Below are positions 1-13,699 of a stretch of DNA of 64,000 nucleotides, one piece after another. Under the pieces are notes generated by a model. It was not told the DNA's origin, made no database searches, and was given only the letters and a program-made list of their open reading frames with translations. Origin of the DNA: Octopus sinensis (Eukaryota); the NCBI RefSeq assembly GCF_006345805.1, contig NC_043004.1, forward strand, positions 54,870,001-54,934,000. Direction: 5' to 3'. Position 1 is the first letter of the stretch. Each line of letters starts with the position of its first letter. The position numbers were made by a program, and so were the translations under genes.

Positions 1-114
1 TGCAAACCAGCTGGAAAAGATTTTTTCAAAATCGATTTACAGAAAACCGAGAAATCCTAAATTTCACTCCTAAGGTATTAGCATATATATACATATATAT
101 ATATAATAATATAA

Positions 115-714
115 CAATAATAATGAAATTATTGTATACAGTGCTCAGGTGCACCACAACTTGTCAAAAGTGCGTATAAAGCATATGCAGTAATGTCTGG
201 AAAGTGAACAGTGTATGAGTCAGATACATGCTTGTGTGTGTATGGAGGGGAGAAAATCAGGTGTGGTGTTGGTGAATCTCAGGAAGCATGGAAGTTTTGA
301 AGGATGCAGTGCTCCGATAATTAACAACTGATGCCGACAGTTCGTTCCATACTTCAGCAACTCTTAGCGTGAAAAAATGTTTCCGAAAGTCATGGGAGCT
401 GTGCTGTTTTCTGACTTTGTAAACATGCCCATGGGTGTTAGACAGGTGGAGTTTGAAAAGGTGCTCAGAGTTATAGTAAGTAAGATGGTTAATAATTTTA
501 TGGGTGTCTGCCAAGTCAACTGCCAGACGTCGGAGTTTCAATGTATCCATGCCCAGAGAAGTAAGGCGTTCAGAATACGGCAAATGCCTCATGGACGGTA
601 TTCTCTGGGTTGCACGTCGCTGAACGGTTTCCAGGCGATTAATATCCTGGGCAAGATAGGGATTCTAGACAGGTGATGCAAATTCTAGGTGAGGCCACAC
701 CTGGAATTTGCATC
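115..714 (-). mobile_element. 5'-truncated CR1/L2-type LINE, RT C-terminus and 3' UTR
   Basis: Minus strand reads HLEFASPV*NPYLAQDINRLETVQRRATQRIPSMRHLPYSERL...LRRLAVDL...RKHFFTLRVAEVWNEL, the typical CR1-clade ORF2 tail; ends in a TTA-rich tail near 115-130. Confidence 0.85.
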
Positions 715-791
715 TATATATAGAGAGAGAGAGAGAAAGAGAGACAGAGAGAGAGTACATAAGTGTCTGTGGGAAGGAGAAAGGATTATAT

Positions 792-831
<40 letters not shown>

Positions 832-1126
832 AACAATTGTAGATATATATATAAGTATATTTTCGCTTTTGTATATTAAAGAACAGAGCCAGCAAGTAGA
901 ATACGAATGCGTGTGAGAAAGAGAGGAGAGACAGAGAAAGATAAAATTATTGAGATAAGACAGAAGTAGGGCTGTCAGAACGCAATGGGTCTGAGGAATA
1001 TGTTCTAACATTATCAGAAATCCACCAACCAACAGCTCTCAATTATGGGCTACTGTTTTGTTTTTCGTCAGTTTTTTGTTGTTGCTTTTTTTTTGTCATC
1101 GACCCTGAAAGGATAAACGGTCAATT

Positions 1127-1511
1127 GGGGAAGCACTCCGTCGGTTACGACGATGAGGGTTCCGGTTGATCCGAATCAACGGAACAGCCTGCTCGTGAAA
1201 TTAACGTGTAAGTGGCTGAGCACTCCACTGACCCGTGCACCCTTAACGTAGTTCTCGGGGATATTCTGCGTGACACAGAGAGTGACAAGGCCGGCCCCTT
1301 GAAATACAGGTACAACAGAAACAGGAAGTAAGAGTGAGAGAAAGTTGTGGTGAAAGAGTACAGCAGGGATCACCACCATCCCCTGCCGGAGCCTCGTGGA
1401 GGTTTTAAGTGTTTTCGCTCAATAAACACTCACAACGCCCGGTCTAGGAATCGAAACCGCGATCCTATGACCGCGAGTCCGCTGCCCTAACCACTGGGCC
1501 ATTGCGCCTCC
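1127..1511 (-). mobile_element. tRNA-derived SINE (family C), full length with 12-bp TSD
   Basis: Minus strand starts GGAGGCGCAATGGCCCAGTGGTTAGGGCAGCGGACTC...GGTTTCGATTCC (A and B boxes). TSD aaacggtcaatt at 1115-1126 and 1512-1523. Inserted into a decayed family-B SINE. Confidence 0.9.
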
Positions 1512-2013
1512 AAACGGTCAATTATAACCTCGATGGGATTTGATCTCGAAGCGTAGAAAACCGGAACAAATATCCCGTAACATTTTATCCTACACTCTAA
1601 CGAATCTGCCAATTCACAGCATTGTGAGACATTGTGCCAAGTTTAAAATCAATATCCAGTTTTCACAATAATCCAATTTCTACAAGCAACAAAAAAAAAG
1701 TGCCATTTATTTATGAAAGGCTGTGTCAGTTATAAATTGCTGTTTGTCGGTATTATTCTGTTTATTTAAACGAATAAATAACAATAAATTCATGAATACA
1801 CAAGAATACAAGACATCAAATTTTAAATCTTGAGATCTTCCCATAATTCTGTGTTCTTTTCTATTTTTTCTTCCTTTCCTGCTACATTCTTGTAAATTAT
1901 ATAGATGAGTTAGTTGCGGGGTGTCAGGGATTTCTTTACAGATAGTCCCACTTCCCACTCCCTTCTCATCCATTTTCATCATCTCTCTCTCTTCTCTCTC
2001 TCTCTATCTCTCT

Positions 2014-2056
<43 letters not shown>

Positions 2057-2273
2057 TCCACTCTATCTCTCTATCTCTATCTATCTATCTCGCTCTTGCT
2101 CTCTCTCACTCACTCACTCACTCACACAGTCTTACACACGCCCGCACGCACATACAAGGGTATACATACAAACACGGAGACACAAATACATATATACACA
2201 CACATTCTACCTATGACTCTGTTCTAAAATAAAGGGAAGCGAAAATTATATATTATACGTGTGCATGAGTGTT

Positions 2274-2307
<34 letters not shown>

Positions 2308-2381
2308 TACACACACACACACATATATATATGTGTGTGTGTGTGTGGTGTGTGTGTGTGTGTGTTGTGTGTGTGTGTATA

Positions 2382-2460
2382 CAGTAATCGCTCGACTATC
2401 GCGGGTGTTACGTTCCAAAAAGACCCGCGATAGGTGAACATCCGCGAAGTAGAAACAGTA
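2382..2460. mobile_element. Probable left end of a pogo/Tigger-like MITE
   Basis: TA|CAGTAATCGCTCGACTATCGCGGG...CCCGCGATAGGTGAACATCCGCGAAGTAG resembles Tigger-type termini; no matching right TIR found. Confidence 0.4.
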
Positions 2461-2629
2461 CTGTACTGTATATATTTTTTAATTATTTTTACAATTTGCA
2501 TATATCTGTTTTATTATAAATGCAAAACCACACACTCGCCTCCTCCCGAGTTTCGCTTTCCATACAGTATGTGCGATTCTTTATTTACTCATCTACAGTA
2601 CACTACATATTTTCTTTTAATATATTTTA

Positions 2630-2665
2630 ACTAGCAGAGATACCCGGCGTTACTCGGGATTAAAA
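2630..2665 (+). mobile_element. Possible Helitron-like terminus
   Basis: ACTAG followed by a short GC hairpin (acccggcgttactcgggat), a pattern seen at Helitron-type 5' ends; isolated fragment only. Confidence 0.25.
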
Positions 2666-2857
2666 TGGCATAGTTTTTTTTATTGTTTTACTTGTTTTGC
2701 TCATGGGACTGCGGCCATGCTGGAGCATCGCCTTTAGTCGAAGAAATCGACCCCAGGATTTATTCTTTGTCAGCCTAGTACTTATTTTATTGGTTTGTTT
2801 TGCCTTGAATAAAATTGATTGGATAGTTCTCGAGTTTTAGTGATGCACACATACACA

Positions 2858-2894
<37 letters not shown>

Positions 2895-3011
2895 GATGTT
2901 CGAGATCTATTTTACAGTCTGCACCAAAGGAGAAGAAAATACAATATCTCATCCAAAAAACTAAAAGTATTTCAAAGAATATCAAATACATTATGGCTGA
3001 GAGATGACAAT

Positions 3012-3600
3012 TTAGTCAAAGTAGCCGCTCTCAGCCTCCACACCGGCCTTGAGACGGTTCCGAAACATGGTGGATGTGTTCTTCACCGTGTCCCTAGAGA
3101 GATCATTCAGCACCTCCTTGATCTTAGAGACCAGCTCAGAATTTGTATTGCAGGTAAAACGATTGGTACTTTTCTCAGTCATGTCCCACATAGTAAACCA
3201 TGGAATTACAATCGGAGGAATTAGGAGACCAGAAATTGGAGCCGGTAAGGTCGTAGAAAATCTCTGACAACCTCTTCTGACTCTTTCCAAAGGTATAGCA
3301 AGGAACCGAATCCTTCTGCCACACACATGGCCTTTCAGCAACAACCTTGTCCAACCAGAGTTTGAACACAGTCTCCTACAGTTTCACGTAACCGTCTGAA
3401 TTGAGCCTAAGACCCGGCTCAATGATGTGGAGATTAGTTCCGGCTTGCGGACGCAGTCGAAACGCTTGCTGTGTCCCTTTCTGCTGGCCACAGTTTCGTA
3501 CTCTCCTTTGCAGCTGTTTATGCCACGCCTTATAACCTTTAGAGAGTTTACAGAACATTGAGCGGCCATCATGTCGGCGCGAATCTACACGATACACGTA
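3012..3600 (-). mobile_element. Internally deleted DD37D (maT) Tc1/mariner transposase relic
   Basis: Minus frames give VWQKDSVPCYT...FWSPNSSDCNSM and ...FRNRLKAGVEAESGYFD (QDSAP/WPPNSPD motifs, decayed), plus an N-terminal remnant ASRKGHSKRFDCVRKPE. Confidence 0.75.
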
Positions 3601-3744
3601 ACTCTTTTTGAGTATTTACATGGCTTCCATTCCTCCATGTCAGTTAACTTTTTCTCAATAATAACTTTGATTTTTATGCTCTCTAACGTCGCTGATTGCT
3701 CACCAATACATCATGCTGTTCCTGAAATGTTCCTGCATGCATGG

Positions 3745-4173
3745 ATCTATCTATCTATGCATGCATGTACGTATGTATGTACGTATGTATGTACGTACGT
3801 ATGTATGTATGTATGTATGTATGTATGTATGTATGTATGTATGTATGTATGTATGTATGTATGTATGTATGTATGTATGTGTGTGTATGTATGTATGTAT
3901 GTATGTATGTATGTATGTATGTATGTATGTATACAATAATAATCCATATAGGCGTGGGTGTACGCGTTGTGTATATACGAGCGTATGTTAAACCTTTTAC
4001 TAGTGGTCACGCTGAAGCACGCACATACGCACATATATGTGTGTGTGTGAGTGAGTATGAGTGCATGTGCATATGAATATCTATGACATACATATGTGTG
4101 TGCGTGTACGGGTGTGTGTATAAATGTGTGTCTGTGAATAGATAGGTAGATCGATAGATAGATAGATAGATAA

Positions 4174-4207
<34 letters not shown>

Positions 4208-4208
4208 C

Positions 4209-4293
<85 letters not shown>
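3745..4293. repeat. Compound microsatellites (TATG)n, (TG)n, (TAGA)n/(CAGA)n
   Basis: Directly visible tandem tetranucleotide runs. Confidence 0.95.
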
Positions 4294-4697
4294 GTTTCTT
4301 TATTGGCCACACAGGGCTGCACACAGATGGGACAAGTTACAAGGTAGAGCTTTTCTTTTGGGGGATGAAAAAAAGGGGGTGGCGTAGGTTTTCGATCAAG
4401 AGGGATCGTAAAAGGGAAGAAAAGAACAAAAAAAAATGAAAAAAATAAATAGAATAAAAAATAAAAAGAATAAAAGAAAAAAAGAAAAAAAAGAAAGGGA
4501 AAAGGAACAAAAGAAAAGAGAAATGAAAAAAGAAGAAAAAGGGGAAAAAAGGGGAAGAGGAAAAAAAAAAGAACGATCAATAGGGATCGTGTATCACAGT
4601 GTTATGATATATGGTGTAAAGGGGAAAGCAAGTAAGGTTTATCCGTGGAAAGAAAAGCCTACGAAAAAGACCACGGTAACCTTGGTCAATATTGTTA
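4294..4697 (-). mobile_element. Tx1-family LINE 3' UTR stub (copy 1)
   Basis: Shares gccacacagggctgcacacagat, gtagagcttttcttttggggg and gtggaaagaaaagcctacg...gaccacggtaacct with the 3' UTR of the full-length element at 13311-13630; (TAGA)n on both sides. Confidence 0.9.
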
Positions 4698-4721
4698 TAG
4701 ATAGATAGATGGATAGATAGA

Positions 4722-4894
<173 letters not shown>

Positions 4895-5290
4895 GTTTCT
4901 TTATTGGCCACACAGGGCTGCACACAGATGGGACAAGTTACAAGGTAGAGCTTTTCTTTTGGGGGATGAAAAAAAGGGGGTGGCGTAGGTTTTCGATCAA
5001 GAGGGATCGTAAAAGGGAAGAAAAGAACAAAAAAAAATGAAAAAAATAAATAGAATAAAAATAAAAAGAATAAAAGAAAAAAAAAGAAAGGGAAAAGGAA
5101 CAAAAGAAAAGAGGAATGAAAAAAGAAGAAAAAGGGGAAAAAAGGGGAAGAGGAAAAAAAAAAGAACGATCAATAGGGATCGTGTATCACAGTGTTATGA
5201 TATATGGTGTAAAGGGGAAAGCAAGTAAGGTTTATCCGTGGAAAGAAAAGCCTACGAAAAAGACCACGGTAACCTTGGTCAATATTGTTA
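4895..5290 (-). mobile_element. Tx1-family LINE 3' UTR stub (copy 2, tandem duplicate of copy 1)
   Basis: Near-identical to 4294-4697, including the junction ggtcaatattgttatagatagatagatggatag; period about 600 bp. Confidence 0.9.
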
Positions 5291-5314
5291 TAGATAGATA
5301 GATGGATAGATAGA

Positions 5315-5367
<53 letters not shown>

Positions 5368-7235
5368 CAGACAGACAGACAGATAAATTGACAGACACCA
5401 TTCGTTGTTACTGATGTGTTACAATATTTTTTGACTTGACCTAAGATGTCGCTAAAACAGTGGCCATTTTGAAACAAACTCTTGTTCAACATTCCGTTCT
5501 ATACAACAAACGGTTTATGCCTATGGACTCCAAGGTGGATAAAGTAGGCAAGTAGGTGTTATATGATGCTTTTAATATAAAATACATTAATTTACAAACT
5601 AAGTGGATATTATTCTTTATAATAAGTGTATCATAAATCACCAAAGCCTGTTTTCTTCGTTATGAGCACATGAAGAGAGATGATGTAGACTGATGAGCCG
5701 TTGTTTAGTTACGGCTATTTTTCTTTTCTCGTTTTCTTTTATGCTCCAAGTTCAAATCTCACCGAGATAAGCTTAGATTTTCATTTTCCCAAGAGGTGAG
5801 AAAATACCGGTCACAGACTTACTCGACTACAACCGGCCCCAATCACCTTTCTAGCTTTAGTGCCCTGGCGGAACATGTAGTAATTGACAGGAAAGTGACA
5901 AGCTGGCGGGGTCGTTACAGCGTCGAATAAAATGCCCAACAATATTTCGTCCGATTCTTTACAGCCTGTCTTCAATTCCAGTCGGGATCAACTTTGTCTT
6001 TCAACGTTTCGAGGTCGATAAAGTACCAGTCAAGTACTGGGACACTGACTCACGATTTTTTCTCAGGTTTACTCTCGAAGCCTTTTCCATGGCTGGATAT
6101 ATGCCGAAAAGTAGCGTAGGCTTAGAATCAGGATTTTTCTACACCTAAATGGATTGCTACCACCACCACCCAGGCTAATGAGCTTCATCTATTTGACTGA
6201 CTTGTTAATCCATAGCTAGGACTCTGACTGGTCTACTAAAGTAGACCTGAAAATGATAGTGGCTACGAGGTGGTTCCACATTTCTCAAAACCTCGAAACC
6301 CACCAACCAGGGCTCCACAACCGGATGCAGATTAATGTCGTACCCAGGGATCTCATCTGATTGATGCCAAGAAATTGGTCTTAAGTACTAGCAACTGGAA
6401 GGCATCTACATTGTTTTGTATTCCCGAGTGCAAGTAAATAGGTGCCGTGTTATTGAACTATCAATAATTAACTCCCTTCATTATGATACTCTTCAAGGCT
6501 CAATTTCATTCTCACGTCACACGCAACTCCATTTAATTATTTTTCCATAACAGCTTCTTTGTTCTATTATTTTGCTTTGTTTTTGGTTTTGTGTATGTGT
6601 GTGTGTATGTGTTTGTGTGTATTTGCGTATGAGTGTATGTGTGTGCATGCATGTCCATGTGTGTGTGTGTTCCCCCTATCCCTTCATACTCACACACACA
6701 TACACACACACACTTTAATAAGAAAATCTTCGACATGGCATTTCAGAAAACAAACAAAATCATTATCTCTATACAATTAAATTCAAAAATTATAAACAAT
6801 AAATTTCAAATATTCTAAACAAATGAACTAATTAAATAAATAGACATTAAAAATATGCTAAAACGTTTAATGCTAATTTAAAACGAACACCCGCCCACCC
6901 TTTTTCTACTTTAACAAGCCTTCACGTAATCGAAGCGAAATGTTACGCAGCTTTGATCCTTTTTAACTTTGAAATCCCCAAAGGGAAAGATACTGCTGTA
7001 GATTGTTTTTATGTTTTTGTTGTTGTTATAGCTGTTGTTTGTTTTGTTTTTTTTTGTTCTTGTGGTTGTTATTGCTTTTGCAGTTGTTGTTGTTGTTGAT
7101 GTTGTTAGTTTAGCCAAAAACGTCAAACACCAGATATTTCACTCGTTTTATACATGATTCATGGTCTTCATAAACCATATAACATTATTAAGATGCAGGA
7201 AGTAATTTTTTTTTAACAACAGATAATGCAACAAC

Positions 7236-7383
7236 AACAATAATAATAATAATAACAATAATAATAATAATAATAATAATAGTAATAACAATAACAATAA
7301 TAATAATAACAATAATAATAATAATAATAACAATAATAATAATAATAATAGTAATAGTAATAACAATAACAATAATAATAATA

Positions 7384-7420
<37 letters not shown>

Positions 7421-7437
7421 TAATAATAATAATAATA

Positions 7438-7510
<73 letters not shown>
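7236..7510. repeat. (AAT)n/(AAC) trinucleotide microsatellite
   Basis: Direct observation; source of the poly-Leu ORF 7148-7546. Confidence 0.95.
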
Positions 7511-7512
<2 letters not shown>

Positions 7513-8140
7513 TTAACAACAATAAAATTAATTCAAAGAATATCATAGCTAGTTAAACAAGAGCCTCACTCATTCTTTCTTTCTTCGTACCCCAACTCCT
7601 GGGTTTCATTTTAAAATTCTATCCATCCATTCATAATAATGACAGCTAAATTTAATTTCTATCCAATCCCAAAGATTCCAACTAATTCCACAATGGGAAT
7701 TTCTCATTGTCTTTGGCATAAATTCTTTTACATGATGTGAAATCGATTCATTTTAAAAGGCTGCCATATACTAGAACACGTAAACACATAGATAAACATG
7801 CACATACATATATATACTCATCCACACATACACACACATACTCTTTCTCACTCTCTTCCTTTCTCTCCCTTTCTCTCTCTCTCTCTCTCTCTCGCTTACT
7901 TTCTTTCTTTCTCACGCGCGCGCGGTCAGACACATGCGTTTGATTGGGCTCTGGCAAAAACACATATATAGACATAAGTACAGTTATTAGATATATGCAT
8001 GTATGCGTGTGTGTGTGTGTGTGTGTGTGTGTGAGTGAGTGAGCGCCTATGTACATAAGTGTGTGTGTATGTATTTTACTCACACACATACACAGACGCA
8101 CGCACGCGCACACACGCACGCGCACACACGCACACACACG

Positions 8141-8250
<110 letters not shown>

Positions 8251-8251
8251 C

Positions 8252-8314
<63 letters not shown>

Positions 8315-8376
8315 TACATACATACATACATTCATGCATATGCATATATATATATGTATGTACGTATGTACGTATG

Positions 8377-8412
<36 letters not shown>

Positions 8413-8550
8413 TACACACACACCGTACACCCGTAGATTTAGACAGATATACACGTTCATGTCCACATAGATGTGAAAGTATACACGATTATGTAAATAA
8501 ACATTCCATGCTCTAATATGGCTTTAACCTGGATGTGTGTGTGTGTGTGC

Positions 8551-8593
<43 letters not shown>

Positions 8594-8964
8594 TGTGTGT
8601 GTGTTTAATAGTTAGAGAATTACGGACACGGTCATAAAGTCTCTAGGCTCCATTCTTGTACGAGGAGAATTGTTGTGTATTTATGTGCAATTATTTACAG
8701 CTCTATGTGCTTCGAAATCTACAGTTCTAAAAGGAATTATTTCACGTTCTCACGAAATTTTATTTTAAGAATTCCTATGACATCAACAACATGTAATTCT
8801 TGCTGGTAAGAACAATGTTTCTAAAATGGATAGAGAAATTCGAAGTATTGTTTTGATCCAATAGCAGAAAACCTGTCATGTCTACAGGTGGTGTGTATTC
8901 GTGACCAACAGGCAGCCTTCGACTTTTCTTGTCCAAAACGGTTTTTCAAACCAATATCTATATA

Positions 8965-10168
8965 TTTGGTCGTCAAGAATGAAATCTGTTGAAAAGAAAC
9001 AAAGTTTGCTAATATTTTATAAATACAAGGAATAGTTTTATTCATCAAAGTATGCACCAATATTGTCAATACACTTTTGCCATTTCAGTGGTAGCTTGTC
9101 CAGCTCGAAACTGTAAAAGCCTGGCAATCTAGAGTAAATAACATCTTGGAAGCCTGTTTTGCAGCATTGTTGGGATTAAATTTTTTTCCTATTAAAAAGT
9201 TATCCAAATTCTGGAAGAAGTGATAGTCAGTGGGGGCAAGATTAGGTGAGTATGATGAATGAAGAAGAACTTCCAACTCCAACTCCTGTAGTTTCGCCAA
9301 TGTTATTTTTGCAATGTGTATGCCTGCCGTTGTCTTGCAATAAAATAGGAGTGGATCTGTTGACTAATCTAGGCTGATTTTTTTTTTGTAAGTTTCTGCA
9401 TCATTTGGTCCAGTTTCTGCATCATTTGGCTGAAATATACTTCGACCGTGATTGCTGAGGTGGCTCGTCTTTGTCCAACCATTGTGCTGAACGATTACAG
9501 TTGTTGTAGTGGATCCATTTTTCATCACATGTTACATTTCCATTCAAAAATTATTCATTTTTGTGATGAGAAAGTAGCATAATGCAGGTTTCCAAACGTT
9601 GCTGTTTCTCTGATTTTCATTGAGTTCTGGTGGAACCCACTTATCCAAATTTTTCATTTTACCGATTTGAACTAGGTGAGTCAATATTGTTTGCTTTCTA
9701 ACACCAAACAACAACGATAATTCACGGGCACTTTGAGATGGATCTGACTCGACGGTGGCTTTCAGTTCGTCATTATCCACCTTTGTTTCTGGTCGACCGC
9801 GTTACTCAATTGTGAAGTCAAAGTTACCAGAACGAAATTTTACAAACCAATTTGATACCGCCTGCTGTGTAAAAACATTAGAATAAAATACTCCATTAAT
9901 ATTCCGAGCTGTCTGTGATGCTGTATTTCCAAGAAAGAAGTTATATTTCAAAACTGTACAAATTTCCGACTTACCCATCTTTAAACAAAAATAGTAAAAA
10001 GCGATTTATAAATACTTTATAAAGCTCAAAATGATTTAGAATAAAGAAATAGATGTGTCAGCTTTCTAACAAAAAATAAAGACTGTCAAAATATAATAAT
10101 GGCGCAAAATGAACAGCTGTCAAAGTTTACCATATACCTTACTAGAAATTTCATACTTGACGACCTAA
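8965..10168 (-). mobile_element. Mariner (DD34D) element, decayed, with both TIRs
   Basis: 21-bp TIRs (tttggtcgtcaagaatgaaat at 8965; atttcatacttgacgacctaa ending 10168), each flanked by TA. Peptides ELKATVESDPSQSARELS...LDKWVP and HSSYSPNLAPTDYHFFQNLDNFL. Confidence 0.9.
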
Positions 10169-10659
10169 TATTTATAATCTATGTGCTTTGAGATCCACTG
10201 TTCCAAAATTAACTATTTCACGTGCCCTCGAGAGTTTATAAAAATAATTATTATGATTTCAACAAATATATTAACTTACCACGGTTGTTCTTTGTGTGCA
10301 CAACATGAACATGAAAAGGGAAGGAGTAGTTAAAAAAACATGGTTTAGATAATCAACTGACCTCTTCAGGTTTTGCGCAACATTTTAAACTTTCAATATC
10401 GAGTTTCATAGTTATGGACTCGTCTGAATTGTAAGTGAAATGTATTCGTGACAGGAATATGCTTTAAAAATTGTAATTTGAATTTTCTTGCAAGCAAAAC
10501 GAAAAGAATCCTTCCTTCCAGTATAATATATTAAGTGATAGGGTCAGTATCTTACTTTTTCGATTGCACACAAATTAAAAATTTCTTTCGTTGCCATTTT
10601 ATGCTTCCACATTTGCGAATATTTTTTCTTCTTTAATTCTAGCATTGATTTCTTTTTAT

Positions 10660-10830
10660 AGCCTGTAAATACCAGATGTACTTTGGCAATGAGGTAGAAT
10701 TACAGTTGTTCCTATTCATAAAGGGATGGATGCGTTGTGTACTTTTGAATGCGTTTTCAGTAATGTCGATGTGTGCGATTTTGTTGTCACCAATACCTTC
10801 TACACATCAACATTTCCAACAGCCATTTTT
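10660..10830 (-). mobile_element. Penelope-like GIY-YIG endonuclease remnant
   Basis: Minus frame AHIDITENAFKSTQRIHPFMNRNNCNSTSLPKYIWYL resembles the Penelope pattern YIG.TE..FK.R...H..SF......STSLSKYIW.L; short and decayed. Confidence 0.45.
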
Positions 10831-10863
10831 CATTAACCGAACAATTGACAATGTTTCTATATT

Positions 10864-11270
10864 TACTCTTTACTCTTTTACTCTTTTACTTGTTTCAGTC
10901 ATTTGACTGCGGCCATGCTTGAGCACCGCCTTTAATCGAGCAACTCGACCCCGGGACTTATTCTTTTGTAAGCCTAGTACTTATTCTATCGGCCTCTTTT
11001 GCCGAACCACTAAGTGACGGAGACGTAAACATACCAGCATCGGTTGTCAAGCAACGCTAGAGGAACAAACACATACACACACACACACATATATATATAC
11101 ATATATACGACAGGCTTCTTTCAGTTTCCGTCTACCAAATCCACTCACAAGGCATTGGTCGGCGCGGGGCTATAGCAGAAGACACTTGCCCAAGATGCCA
11201 CGCAGTAGGACTGAACCCGGAACCATGTGGTTGGTTAGCAAGCTACTTACCACACAGCCACTCCTGCGCC
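10864..11270 (-). mobile_element. tRNA-derived SINE (family A, most abundant), full length
   Basis: Head GGCGCAGGAGTGGCTGTGTGGTAAG...GGGTTCAGTCC, internal (TA)/(TG) microsatellite, (AAGAGTA)n tail. Further whole or partial copies near 2686, 19400, 21925, 37470, 38866, 41420, 49148, 50140-51000, 53700, 60870, 61820, 62280. Confidence 0.85.
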
Positions 11271-11639
11271 TATATATTCAGGTTGAGGATATTGTGTCAT
11301 GCTTATAGATACGTTTTTACAGTTGGAAATTTGTGACACTATGTTGTTTAGGTAACTGTAGCTGACTTTAATTTAATTATTGATAAAACAAATTATTGTG
11401 TCTGTGCAAAGTAGGCAAGTAGGAATTTATGAAGGTTAGTAAGTTCCTTTTCTTTCAAGATCCATAAGTGTGTCCACGAATGCAGGGTACAATTTTCGCT
11501 CTGCAGTCACATGGTTTTAGACTCAGTCCTACTGTGCAGTACCCAAGACAATTTTTTTCTACTGCTGTATCTTCGGAACAACGAGTGCCTTGAAAGTGAA
11601 TTTAGTAGACAGAAACTGCTTGGAAGTCCGTTGTACATA

Positions 11640-11648
11640 GGTAGGTAG

Positions 11649-11689
<41 letters not shown>

Positions 11690-11733
11690 TAGATAGATAG
11701 ATATATACATACATACATACATACATACATACA

Positions 11734-11765
<32 letters not shown>

Positions 11766-12150
11766 CAGGACTGACTTCGGCAATATATGTCGATCGGTAG
11801 GTAGGTAGGTAGGTGGGTGGGGTGGATAGTTAGGTAGGTAGGTAGGTAGGTAGGTGGGTAGATAGGTAGGTAGGTAAGTAGGTAGGTAGGTAGGTAGGTA
11901 GGTAGGTAGGTAGGTAGGTAGGTAGGTGGGTAGATATGTAGGTAGGTAAGTAGGTAGGTAGGTAGGTAGGTAGATAGGTAGGTAGGTAGGTAGGTAGGTA
12001 GGTAGGTAGGTAGGTAGGTAGGTAGGTAGGTAGATAGGTAGATAGGTAGGCGGGTTTAGGTATGTATGTATGTAGGTATGTATGTAGGTATGTAGGTAGG
12101 TAGGTAGGTAGGTAGGTAGGTAGGTAGGTAGGTGGGCTGGTAGGTACATA
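11640..12150. repeat. Compound (TAGA)n/(TACA)n/(TAGG)n microsatellite
   Basis: Direct observation. Confidence 0.95.
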
Positions 12151-13132
12151 CATACGTATAAACATGTATATGTGTGTGTGCAATATGCATTCGCACCGTT
12201 CCGCCTACCAAATTCGTTCACAATAGGAACATAGTTGTGTGTGTGTGCGCGCGCTTGCGTGTATGTGTGTGTGAGTGTGTCTTCATACCCCATTGCTTGA
12301 CAACAACGCCCTTTTCAAATATGTAAACTCTTGCTGATGTTTTAAAAAGACAAATGTATATCAGTCACTATCCTCCTTGCTTTTCTTGGGTGAATTCCTG
12401 AGCAAAGCAGCATTCTCATTTGTAACATACCTCTTCCATGTTCTTTCGCCTAAGGCTGACTCATATCTATCTCTTCTCTTGACTCGTAATGCTAGCAGAC
12501 GATCAACTGCTGTTATCAGTAGCGATGATTTCTTTATTGTCATCACCAGTTTTAATTATTTATTTATTTATTTGTTTGTTTATTTATTTATTTATTTACT
12601 ACTTGTGCTTTTCACATTGTAACAGCAAAATACTAATTCTGTTTCACCAGAACTGAAGATACCTCCTAAGGAGGAGGCACCACGTCAAAACGGTTGAGGA
12701 GTAGGGGCCGAAACCGGACATGGTTCCTCCTGATGATGTCTTGAGCTAACTGGACCCTATAACATGGCTGAAATTCCTCAGTTAGTGCTTGTACTAATAA
12801 AATTTTTAGGGTTGTGTATAATCTTTTGAGACGATCATTTAAGCAAATCTGGAGGACATCTACTCAAACTGGATTCGCTTAAATTTTGCACAAGCTATAC
12901 ACACAGGATGTATCTTCTTCTATCTTTTACTTGTTCCAGTCATTAAATTGCGGCCAAGCTAGGGCACCGCCTTGGGATATTTTAGTCGGACTGATCGACC
13001 CCAATACTTATTTTCTTTTTAAACTTGGTACTTTTTCTATCGGCTCTCTTTTACCGAACCGCTGAGTTATGGAGACGTAAACACACAGTTAAATTTGTGG
13101 GGGTGGGCAGAGACACACCCACATATACACAC

Positions 13133-13291
<159 letters not shown>

Positions 13292-13699
13292 CAGATAGAT
13301 AGATAGATATGTTTCTTTATAAGCCACACAGGGCTGCACACAGATAGAACAAATTACAAGGTAGAGCTTTTCTTTTGGGGGTAAAATAAAATAAAAAAAG
13401 AGAGAGTGGTGGTTTTCGATCAAAAGGGATCGTAAAAGGAAAGAAAAAGGACAAAAAAAAGGGAGGGGTTAAAAAAAGGGGGGGGGGGTAAAAAATAAAT
13501 AAATAAATAAAAATGAATAATAGGGATCGTTATCACAGAAATGTCAATATGAAGTGTAAAGAGGAGGACAGGTGAGGTTTACCCGTGGAAAGAAAAGCCT
13601 ACGGAAAAGACCACGGTAACCTCGGTCAATGAAGTCACATGTTATATTTATTTTTTTTTTTTTTGCAAATAAGCAACTCTCTGTATTAATTTTTATGGT

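Noticed and set aside
8701-8805. Candidate 105-nt host exon (tttacag| ... |gtaaga, one open frame)
   Set aside because: The peptide SMCFEIYSSKRNYF... matches nothing I recognise and has no partner exons; such sites are expected by chance.
10274-10400. Perfect minus-strand donor G|GTAAGT
   Set aside because: No convincing acceptor or coding frame upstream.
12645-12740. Hammerhead-like boxes (CTGAAGA, hairpin cctcct/aggagg, GAAAC, CTGATGA)
   Set aside because: The boxes cannot be arranged into a fold with GAAA adjacent to stem II and a closing stem I; at best a decayed relic.
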